Shown here piece after piece: positions 56,263-64,000 of a DNA stretch of 64,000 bases. Source of the stretch: a virus. The notes under the pieces were generated by a model. That model ran no database searches, was not told the DNA's origin, and worked only from the letters and a program-made list of their open reading frames with translations. How positions within the stretch are numbered: position 1 is the stretch's first letter; each line of letters opens with the position of its first letter. Where the stretch lies: IMG/VR virus record IMGVR_UViG_3300017963_000233, one strand, 5' to 3'. The position numbers were made by a program, and so were the translations under genes.

Positions 56263-56292
56263 TTGACAACCACGAAATGTCCATGTTATTAT
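56263..56292 (+). promoter_or_regulatory. sigma70-type promoter
   Basis: TTGACA-N18-TATTAT with TGn extended -10. Confidence 0.55.
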
Positions 56293-56351
56293 ATATTCAT
56301 CAATCATTACCTTAGTCGCAAAGTCGGCACATTTAGATGGGAGATTGCATC

Positions 56352-56693
56352 ATGGGAGAAATGAACAGACTTCTAAGGTTGCTTGTCCAAGCGGACAAAG
56401 AAGGAAAAGTAACATCTATCACCGCAAGTCCAGTAGGCCCTCACACCAAATTCAGTTCACAGCTAACGTCAGGTCAAACGCGGAAGTCGATTGCTGTCTA
56501 TAATAATTCGGACAGTGCATCTGGGGATGCGTACTGGGGATATGAAGCGAATATATCTCCTTCTGGCGACAGTATGGTTATTCCAAAAGATAATATGATT
56601 TCAATTCCAGTTGCTGATACGAGTGCAATTGAGCTTTATTTCTGTTCAGCATCTGGCGAACATGCTCAGTTGAGGGTTGAGGAACTTGCATAA
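56352..56693 (+). CDS. small beta-rich structural protein
   Basis: RKSIAVYNNS...YWG jelly-roll-like. Confidence 0.6.
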   Translation: MGEMNRLLRLLVQADKEGKVTSITASPVGPHTKFSSQLTSGQTRKSIAVYNNSDSASGDAYWGYEANISPSGDSMVIPKDNMISIPVADTSAIELYFCSASGEHAQLRVEELA

Positions 56694-56699
56694 TAGGAG

Positions 56700-56939
56700 G
56701 TGAATCAGATGTACGGATATCCAAGATTAATCGCTCAGAAATATGGGGAAAGTACACAAACGGGAACTATCGCCATGACTCCTCAAACCTCTGAACCCTC
56801 CAACCCGCAAAATGGTGAAATGTATTTGGCAGATAGAGTAAACTGGGATCCTTTGAGTTTGGGTTCTGGTGGTGCCTATTATGTCATATATCTTGGTTCA
56901 TCGAGTGGCTGGGGTGCTATTACCGATCAACTTGATTAA
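56700..56939 (+). CDS. small structural protein
   Basis: PSNPQNGEMYLAD...WDP, fibre-linker-like motif. Confidence 0.55.
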   Translation: MNQMYGYPRLIAQKYGESTQTGTIAMTPQTSEPSNPQNGEMYLADRVNWDPLSLGSGGAYYVIYLGSSSGWGAITDQLD

Positions 56940-56955
56940 AGGGGAGGTGATGAGG

Positions 56956-57450
56956 ATGAAAAGGTATATATCATTTTTTGTTCTGCTTCTTGGATTGTTA
57001 TTTCTTTTAGGTGCTACGTTTACGTGGTACAATGTGATGTCGTATGACACAAGTACGAGCATCACGACATTTACGGGTTCTGTTTCTTCAAAGAGTCCAG
57101 TCTATGAACACACATCGGATACGGTTCTTTCATCTGCACAGTGTACTGGAGGCATACATACGAATCAGGGGGCGACGGGCAGGATTAAATTGACTTTGGA
57201 TACTTGTTCGCAAGGTTGTATGGCTTTGTTTGTTCAAGAAGAAGCCCAAACGATTGAGACGGCGCCCCCATCTGGTGAAACAATTTATTTGGACGGCGCC
57301 GCTCTTGATTCTGCTGATCACGTAATAGATTCCGACGGCTCTACTATCGGATCTTCCCTGGTATGCCTTCGAAGAAAAAATGACTCTGGAACTGCCACAT
57401 GGTTCTGCGAGTCGGATGGAAACTGGAGTGACGGCGATGCTGCGGATTAA
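56956..57450 (+). CDS. signal-peptide-bearing beta-rich protein
   Basis: GGAGG RBS; MKRYISFFVLLLGLLFLLGA. Confidence 0.65.
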   Translation: MKRYISFFVLLLGLLFLLGATFTWYNVMSYDTSTSITTFTGSVSSKSPVYEHTSDTVLSSAQCTGGIHTNQGATGRIKLTLDTCSQGCMALFVQEEAQTIETAPPSGETIYLDGAALDSADHVIDSDGSTIGSSLVCLRRKNDSGTATWFCESDGNWSDGDAAD

Positions 57451-58147
57451 AAATATTCTAATACTAATCGGTATTTTGCTTCTGCTATTTTCGACTAATG
57501 TAGAAGCGAAATATTATTATGCAATACTTTATGCTAACGGAGCTGCTGATCTGGATGCTTTAACAGTAGCGCAAAAGGAAAGCATTGTAGATCGCTATGT
57601 GCCGCAGGGTGTAAAAGATACCCAGGCATGGCAGAACGCTTCCGATGCTCAGAAGTGGACATGGACGAAAGAAAATGTGATTCCTGCAAACTTCAAACGG
57701 AAGATAGCAAAGTATGGAGCACTTCCTATATTATGGCACGAAACCGCCGGATTCGAAATTTTCATCAACTGGTGGAAATTAGCACAAGAAGGAACGAAGT
57801 TCGTTTTTCTCGTATATCTCGATTACGATAAGAAAATAGCTCCAATCAAAAACTGGATGGATACGCAGGAAGGACTTGAATACTGGTTCGGAGAAACCGC
57901 CTTCGACGCTTTCAGGTCTTTGTGGAATGACAGAGCAGAGCAACCGGCTACAGCTATCGTAAAAAAAGTACTTCGCTATCCGGTTGAAACAGACGACGAC
58001 GGAGCACCAGTAGCCCCCGGAGAAGGCACCGGCGGAGAAACGATGATAACGATCCAGGAAGCAATGGATTTAGGCTACGATATAGAGCAATCGGTAATTC
58101 TTGCTAATGCTAATAGAGTAATCCCGATAAAGGTGTTTGGAAAATGA
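57437..58147 (+). CDS. signal-peptide-bearing hypothetical protein
   Basis: MLRIKNILILIGILLLLFSTNVEA/KY. Confidence 0.65.
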   Translation: MLRIKNILILIGILLLLFSTNVEAKYYYAILYANGAADLDALTVAQKESIVDRYVPQGVKDTQAWQNASDAQKWTWTKENVIPANFKRKIAKYGALPILWHETAGFEIFINWWKLAQEGTKFVFLVYLDYDKKIAPIKNWMDTQEGLEYWFGETAFDAFRSLWNDRAEQPATAIVKKVLRYPVETDDDGAPVAPGEGTGGETMITIQEAMDLGYDIEQSVILANANRVIPIKVFGK

Positions 58148-61101
58148 AAAGACCATGCACAATATTATTTGTCTTACTTTTTGTCGCTACTGCTAATGCC
58201 GGCAAGATCGTTGACATCACTTTCGATGACGGTACGCTGACAGACAAAAAAGGCGGATTGACAAGCGGAGAGCTGAAGCGCACGTCCGATGCTTACTATG
58301 AGACTGGTGGTTATTTAACTCGGGCTTATGGGAGTCGGCAGAATATACATCCCATAAGTGATCCTGATGAAACCGGAGACTATAATACTGCGGTGGAAGT
58401 TACTGTTGAATCACATACATGGAGTGGCGTTCCATCTTTAAGTTATGCTACTGTTATTCCCTCGACTGCTGTAGCATCTGCCGCGTATAAAACCTTCGCT
58501 ATAGTATCTGGAACGACTTATGTAATTAGTTGCTATATCGAAACTGAAGGAACTGCTCCGGTCCGAGGCACTCATTTTGAATTTGTGGTTGATAATGTAG
58601 ATATTGACACTAGAAATGTCACCAATACAGTAGTCCAGCATATAGGCGGAAATGTTTATAGGGCTTCTGCTGCATGGGTTTCTCAAACCACAGGGAATAG
58701 AACCCACGGAATATTGCGATCATTAGGTTTTACATATATTAAAATGTATGTTTCGGGTTGGCAGGTTGAAGCTCTCCCCTCCGGCAATACGATTGGAGAT
58801 GATCTGTTTGATCAGGAGACATTAGGCAGCGAACTTGATTCCGGCAATTTAACTCCAGGCACACTCTATCAAATCACAGCACAAGACGGAGAAGACTTCA
58901 CAGCAGATGGGGCAGAGGACAACGAGGTCGGTACTTATTTTATTGCAACAGGAACAAGTGTAACACTCGATGCTAATGATAAAGTAAAAGCAGTCACCGC
59001 TCCAGCAAAAGGGGTGCCCTACGATGCAGATGTAAACGGTTCCGCTTGGCCAGCTTTGGCAGGAAGCGAAGTAAATACTGAAGAAGACGCCTCTTCTCCT
59101 GCTGGAACGACTGAAGCGGATGATATAAGTTTGTGGAACAATACAGATTTTAATACCGCAGAGTCGGAAGCAGATCCTTATATCGGAACCTATTCTGCTC
59201 ATTTCGTAGCAAACGGAGACGGCCAGTCAGCTGTTACAGATCAAATCTCCGTATCTGACAATACGTTTTATCGCGTATCGTTTTGGTATAAACTGGCTGC
59301 GAGTGATGCGGGAACTGCCGCTGAATATAAAATAGGCGAAAATGGGGACGATGATCTCTATGTCGGATTGACTTTACTGGATCAAACGGATTGGACGGAA
59401 GTATCGCATTATATTTATACGGATGGAACGGATGTAATTATTACTATCTTGGAAGACACGGATGCAGGAGACAACGACGTTGATATAAATATCGACTATG
59501 TTTCTATTCGACCTGTTCAGGTTAGTTGGACTGCTGGGACACAGCAATTAGAATTAGATGAGACAAATGAAGCTATAAAAATAACAAGAACTCCAACTGG
59601 AAGTGGACTATTACAATTAAATTTAAACGATGCGAATGATTTGAGTGAAGATATAGTAGAAGGGAATTGGTATAAATTAACTTATACATGGACAACTGAT
59701 GATACAAATGCACAACTTTCATGGGATTATGGTCCCTCAGTATATTATGGCCCAAATATAAGTGTTGTAGATACTTTTCAAACTGATACGATATATGCAA
59801 AAGCAGGAGCAGGTAATGGTCTTCAAGCTGGCAATGTATCTATTAATAATTATTTTTCCATTCGCAATCTAACTCTAAAACAAATCCCAGACTTCGCTCA
59901 ACTCTACCCCTCCACCTACACCCCCACAACAGGCAGCGCGGCGGATTGCCCCGTGACTCCACGAGTGGAAGACGGCAGCTTGCTCGTCGAGGGCGAGGCG
60001 GTCAATCTGCTGGATTATAGTGAGGATTTTGCAAATAGTTGGACTGACGGATGGGGGGGAACAGTAACACAAAATGCTGTTGGCCCTGATGGAGAGGCCA
60101 ATTCTGCAACTACAATTACTGATCCTGGCGGTACTGGTGTCTCTAGTGTATATATAAATTATACTCCATCGAATCAAGCATATCATGTATTTTCAGCGTA
60201 TATAAAAAAAGGAACTAGCGATCATTGTGGTCTGTGGGTTCGAGATACGATTGCTAACTCAAACAGAATAGTAATAGATTATAACTGGACAAATGGTGTG
60301 CCAGTTCCAACAGATGATACTGGAACGTCAATCGAGGAGAAAGAAATTGGAAATGGCTGGTGGAGAGTTTCTGCGAAAACTAGTATTGCGATTCTAAAGC
60401 AAAAACATACTATATCGGTTTGTCCTACAAAAGTCGGTACTGCTGGTGCTGGCAAAACAACACTATTTTTCGGCGCACAACTCGAAGAATCCCCCTACCC
60501 CACAAGCTATATCAAAACCGACGGCTGCCCTGCGATCAGGACTACGGAGGCGGGAGACAATACGAATGATACCGGCTATCGGTGGACTCGTCAGGATGTC
60601 GTAGACAATACTTTTGGGGCATCTGCTAAAGGAACAACAATTGTTTACTTTACGCCGCTTTGGGATGCAGGAGATGTTACAGACAATGCTGCAATTATAT
60701 CGCTTGATGATGCGGTAACTTCTCTGCTTTATTATGATGACGACAACGATGATTTTGAAACAGTAGATGATACGAATGCAGCAGAAACAAATTCTGAAAC
60801 GATAGTAAGAGATACTGAATATGTAGTTGCAATACGATATGACGGAGAAACAAATGGTGAGTATTTAGTTTCTGAAAAGCATAGTGATACATGGACGCAT
60901 AGTGCTGACGTTGGAAGCGGTCCTACCTATAATGCTTATGCTTTAAATGCGGATAATAATCTATGGCTTGCATATGGAAATGAAGGTCCATTTAAAATAA
61001 ACCGCATCATCATGTACGATGAGTATTTCACGGAAAGCAGATTGGAAAACGAGCCGTGGGTTGGCGGTGTATCGCCACTATGGTATTTGTTTTTACGGTG
61101 A
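58144..61101 (+). CDS. large fibre/adhesin-like protein with carbohydrate-binding-type and LamG-like modules; signal peptide
   Basis: MKRPCTILFVLLFVATANA/G; repeated 'NLL.YSEDF', 'GNGWWRVS', 'GAQLE..P.PTSYI' motifs. Confidence 0.75.
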   Translation: MKRPCTILFVLLFVATANAGKIVDITFDDGTLTDKKGGLTSGELKRTSDAYYETGGYLTRAYGSRQNIHPISDPDETGDYNTAVEVTVESHTWSGVPSLSYATVIPSTAVASAAYKTFAIVSGTTYVISCYIETEGTAPVRGTHFEFVVDNVDIDTRNVTNTVVQHIGGNVYRASAAWVSQTTGNRTHGILRSLGFTYIKMYVSGWQVEALPSGNTIGDDLFDQETLGSELDSGNLTPGTLYQITAQDGEDFTADGAEDNEVGTYFIATGTSVTLDANDKVKAVTAPAKGVPYDADVNGSAWPALAGSEVNTEEDASSPAGTTEADDISLWNNTDFNTAESEADPYIGTYSAHFVANGDGQSAVTDQISVSDNTFYRVSFWYKLAASDAGTAAEYKIGENGDDDLYVGLTLLDQTDWTEVSHYIYTDGTDVIITILEDTDAGDNDVDINIDYVSIRPVQVSWTAGTQQLELDETNEAIKITRTPTGSGLLQLNLNDANDLSEDIVEGNWYKLTYTWTTDDTNAQLSWDYGPSVYYGPNISVVDTFQTDTIYAKAGAGNGLQAGNVSINNYFSIRNLTLKQIPDFAQLYPSTYTPTTGSAADCPVTPRVEDGSLLVEGEAVNLLDYSEDFANSWTDGWGGTVTQNAVGPDGEANSATTITDPGGTGVSSVYINYTPSNQAYHVFSAYIKKGTSDHCGLWVRDTIANSNRIVIDYNWTNGVPVPTDDTGTSIEEKEIGNGWWRVSAKTSIAILKQKHTISVCPTKVGTAGAGKTTLFFGAQLEESPYPTSYIKTDGCPAIRTTEAGDNTNDTGYRWTRQDVVDNTFGASAKGTTIVYFTPLWDAGDVTDNAAIISLDDAVTSLLYYDDDNDDFETVDDTNAAETNSETIVRDTEYVVAIRYDGETNGEYLVSEKHSDTWTHSADVGSGPTYNAYALNADNNLWLAYGNEGPFKINRIIMYDEYFTESRLENEPWVGGVSPLWYLFLR

Positions 61102-61122
61102 TTCAAATCAGGAGATAAAGAA

Positions 61123-61449
61123 ATGAGGCTTTTAGTTGCACTTATTATTATTTCAATCAGTTCGATTTGCTATGCAGACCCCTCTCTTGTAAGCGACCCC
61201 AGCACTGATCCAGCAGTTACACATTGGCAAGTCGAAATCGACGGCGTGTTAAGTGATGTATTCACAGGGGCTGTAGTTGACTACGATCTGGTAGACATTA
61301 ATCCAGGTGATCACATTGCCAAAGCACGATTTGGATCAGAGTGGACATCAGATGATGGTACGTATATGGAATGGAGTGAGTGGTCCGTCCCTTTCGCTTT
61401 GCATCGGCCCGTGAAACCCGCCGCACCTACAAATCATGCAATGGAATAA
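61123..61449 (+). CDS. signal-peptide-bearing Fn3/Ig-like small protein
   Basis: MRLLVALIIISISSICYA/D; WSEWS, Pro-rich tail. Confidence 0.65.
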   Translation: MRLLVALIIISISSICYADPSLVSDPSTDPAVTHWQVEIDGVLSDVFTGAVVDYDLVDINPGDHIAKARFGSEWTSDDGTYMEWSEWSVPFALHRPVKPAAPTNHAME

Positions 61450-61533
61450 TCGTGCTGATACGGGTCGATGCGTATGAGGGGTATGAAATAAAATAAGCCA
61501 AAGATTATGATTTAATCAAGTTCAAAAAATGAA

Positions 61534-61710
61534 ATGATCGAACTCCTTAAAATATATGAAGTACCAAGCATTATCGCATTGATGACAGTGATCATACTCC
61601 TGTTCAAAGTCATTTTCAAATATATGGAAATAGCAGAGAAAAATGCTACTGCAATACAGGAGTTGACAACATGGCTTAAAACACGTTTTGATAGAGGCGG
61701 TCATGAATAG
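61534..61710 (+). CDS. single-TM holin-like peptide
   Basis: Not in ORF track; MIELLKIYEVPSIIALMTVIILLFKVIFKY then coiled coil (BhlA-like layout). Confidence 0.45.
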   Translation: MIELLKIYEVPSIIALMTVIILLFKVIFKYMEIAEKNATAIQELTTWLKTRFDRGGHE

Positions 61711-61894
61711 TATTATTCAAAAATTATTTAAACTCCCTATCATTTTGAAAAAACAAGATCAGAAGACCAAAGAAATAGAGGAAAATATAAAGAATTTGAA
61801 GACACTGGACGGGGAAGGTAAATGGTTGTTGAGAATTCATGATAGAGGATTAGCAGATTGTTATGATAAATGTGATGAGAAAGGAGATGGGTAA
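61703..61894 (+). CDS. small basic hypothetical protein
   Basis: overlaps both neighbours. Confidence 0.5.
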   Translation: MNSIIQKLFKLPIILKKQDQKTKEIEENIKNLKTLDGEGKWLLRIHDRGLADCYDKCDEKGDG

Positions 61895-62277
61895 TGTTTT
61901 GGATGCGTGATCTGACTTGTTGGATCTATCTCATCATAGCGGTAGTTTCATTTTGGAGTGTGTTGTTGTGTGTTGAATCGCTGCTTAAAAAGGAATCAAT
62001 GTCACCATTTTTTTATTACATTGGAATTTTGCTTATTGGCGCGGTGATTTCCAATGTTATAATGTTTTGGGCAAGGGTTGAGAGCGGTGTTATATGGAAA
62101 GAAGGTTTGGAGCTTCCAGAACCTGCTGAAATACTCAGAGATCATTTAAAGGGTACGATGTGGGCATTTCGATTATTGCCGACTCTTTTGATCAATACGA
62201 TAATTGCAGTGGATTTTACAATGCGGAGATTTTTTGGAAAAAGATTGCTGGGTCGATTTTACAAGAACAATAAATAA
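61894..62277 (+). CDS. membrane protein (3 TM), possible holin
   Basis: three hydrophobic segments, basic C-terminus. Confidence 0.55.
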   Translation: MFWMRDLTCWIYLIIAVVSFWSVLLCVESLLKKESMSPFFYYIGILLIGAVISNVIMFWARVESGVIWKEGLELPEPAEILRDHLKGTMWAFRLLPTLLINTIIAVDFTMRRFFGKRLLGRFYKNNK

Positions 62278-62877
62278 TCAATTCCGTTCTACCTTACCCT
62301 TATAAACGCTGAACACACGATCAGCGTTTTTATTTATTCCAGGCTGATGACTGACCATGATGATCTGCAATTCAAGCTCCTCACACAGCATTTTCAACAT
62401 GTCCGAGGCGCTTGGTTGTAGATCATGAGACAGGTTGCGGAAAGGTTCATCATAGAAATATGAATCTCTTGTATCCAAAAGACTTCCGTATGCAATTCTC
62501 GAAGCGAAATCTGCAACATCCGCCGCACCCCATCCTCCCCCTTTCAGCGGATGATATTCATTGCCCCTTTTGCTGAATAGCATATCACATTCCATCACGT
62601 TTCTCCGCTCAATGAATCTGACGATGAACTCTGGGGGATCGTCTTCTATCACTGCAAGAATCGCGGTGCTTACGATATTTGATATTTTTGCTTCAAGATT
62701 TCTCTGCACTTCATTTGCGATTTCTCTCAAGAATGCTCTTGCCATTTCCGCATTCTCTATGCGGGCGATCACAGATTCAATCTGCTCTCGCTTCTGTTGG
62801 ATCTGTTCAGCATAGTGTTGTCGTTTATTGGTAAGATAGGATGCTTTTTTCTTTATATCTTCGAATTCTTGTATCAC
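62278..62877 (-). CDS. SbcC/Rad50 C-terminal half (signature, Walker B, H-loop)
   Basis: LKGGGWG signature-like, FYDEPFRNL, MVSH; no Walker A. Confidence 0.8.
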   Translation of the reverse strand: MIQEFEDIKKKASYLTNKRQHYAEQIQQKREQIESVIARIENAEMARAFLREIANEVQRNLEAKISNIVSTAILAVIEDDPPEFIVRFIERRNVMECDMLFSKRGNEYHPLKGGGWGAADVADFASRIAYGSLLDTRDSYFYDEPFRNLSHDLQPSASDMLKMLCEELELQIIMVSHQPGINKNADRVFSVYKGKVERN

Positions 62878-63131
62878 CAGTCGTAATCCTCTTTCAGTTT
62901 TTTGAATGCTGCATTCAATTGTTTTTGTTCTTCCTCCAACTCTTTTTCCATTTTCTTGACCATCGACTTCGACTTATCCAATGAAGAAAGACCGAATTTC
63001 TCTTTGAGTGTTTCTTTCGTCATTGCAATTCTACCTGAAATTTCTGCCTCTTCCCTTTTGGCTTCATTGATAGAATTTTCCAATGTTTTCAATTGATTCA
63101 TTATCTCATCTGTTGACAGCCCATCGCTCAT
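62874..63131 (-). CDS. coiled-coil protein
   Basis: 85 aa heptad-rich, coupled to both neighbours. Confidence 0.65.
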   Translation of the reverse strand: MSDGLSTDEIMNQLKTLENSINEAKREEAEISGRIAMTKETLKEKFGLSSLDKSKSMVKKMEKELEEEQKQLNAAFKKLKEDYDW

Positions 63132-64000
63132 CGTCCATTACCTCCTCAATTATCGATGTAACCGATTTTGGTATATCGCTTTTTTTGCTTGCTATTCTCG
63201 ATGACAGTCTTTTTGCAAAGTTGATCGTTTCATCTCTACCTTTGCTCCTCGTCTCCTTTATCTTGTCGATGAATGATACGAGATGTTCATTTTTTTGTTT
63301 TTCTTCTTCTGCTTTCTCCACATCCATCACTGCGGAGAAAGCCTTTACTGGAACTGCCAATTTGTTCAGAGAAGCCATGAAGTATCCCTCACCCAAGTAG
63401 ATGCAAGGCTTGTGGTGTTTCTGATCGATTCTTGTTCTCAATAAAGATCCGCAATTTATGAGGTGTCTGTTCTGATACACGTTGATGAAATGTTCATGAT
63501 TATCACCGGCCACTATAAGATCATACCTGTATTTCTTTTGAATTTCGTCGGCAGAGAAATCGAATGCAAATGGTGTATTCGATTTTACAATCAGTTTATG
63601 GCATAGCAGTATGTTCGATGTCTTTGGGTCTGGTTTTTGTATATCGTCCGTGTATCCTGCACCATAAATCATGATGTCTTTGGTGCCTGGATAAGGTGTC
63701 GGTTCAGTAACGACGGTTACAGGCCATGAGGCGTCTGCTATGCCAAGTGGTGTATTTTCCCATACTCTGCTATGATGCCTTAGATCATGCTGTCCAGGCA
63801 CAGTGAAGATAGGACAAGGAGATTGACTGAACAATTGCAGAGTTTCCCTTATCGTTCTGTCGCTTACGTCCGCATCATCGAACATGTCACCAGGTTGCAG
63901 AATCGCATCACAGTCGAACTTTTTTGCCATTTCGAATATGAATCCGATCTTGGACTTTACAGTTTCAAAGTAATCCTCATCCGTCCTGTTCTTTGGCCTT
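63106..64000 (-). CDS. SbcD/Mre11-like metallophosphoesterase nuclease, 5' partial
   Basis: GDMFD, PGQHD, GDNH, NCGS; frame stays open upstream of the ATG at 63930 to the window end (RPKNRTDEDY...). Confidence 0.85.
   Translation of the reverse strand, partial: RPKNRTDEDYFETVKSKIGFIFEMAKKFDCDAILQPGDMFDDADVSDRTIRETLQLFSQSPCPIFTVPGQHDLRHHSRVWENTPLGIADASWPVTVVTEPTPYPGTKDIMIYGAGYTDDIQKPDPKTSNILLCHKLIVKSNTPFAFDFSADEIQKKYRYDLIVAGDNHEHFINVYQNRHLINCGSLLRTRIDQKHHKPCIYLGEGYFMASLNKLAVPVKAFSAVMDVEKAEEEKQKNEHLVSFIDKIKETRSKGRDETINFAKRLSSRIASKKSDIPKSVTSIIEEVMDDERWAVNR

Noticed and set aside
54246-61101. Diversity-generating retroelement
   Set aside because: No reverse transcriptase and no TR/VR pair noticed in the window
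19850-61704. Numerous minus-strand and off-frame ORFs in the late operon
   Set aside because: Overlap well-supported plus-strand genes; no RBS or family motifs
1-64000. Alternative genetic code, tRNA genes, integrase, endolysin
   Set aside because: Long genes read through intact with the standard code and all three stops are used; no cloverleaf, recombinase or lysin motifs were recognised

Overview
The window is part of a tailed dsDNA phage genome; no cellular housekeeping genes, integrase, rRNA, tRNA or CRISPR array were recognised. A tail tube and 1196-aa tape measure with no sheath suggest a siphovirus. Four blocks: (1) 1-16.9 kb, minus strand: about 40 mostly small early genes running into a replication module (SF2 helicase, primase, two winged-helix proteins). 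This arm is punctuated by a family of intergenic RNA-type hairpins and carries candidate anti-defence genes, most notably a Csx3/Crn3-like ring nuclease, plus an ArdC N-domain, DUF932, DUF2786 and a pentapeptide-repeat protein. (2) 15.9-18.5 kb: an AT-rich, GG/CC-poor, palindrome-dense, largely non-coding hub with several repeat families and a gene bracketed by perfect 22-bp inverted repeats; probably the genome terminus, packaging or origin region. (3) 19.9-62.3 kb, plus strand: the morphogenesis operon (TerS, TerL, a RebB-like gene, portal, protease/scaffold, capsid, neck, tail with a -1 frameshift chaperone, TMP, tail tip). It is interrupted by an 11-kb, 14-gene glycan/modification cluster and ends in four consecutive genes with signal peptides. 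(4) 62.3-64 kb, minus strand: a split SbcC/Rad50 C-terminal gene and a 5'-partial SbcD/Mre11. All family assignments are by eye from motifs; no database searches were run.
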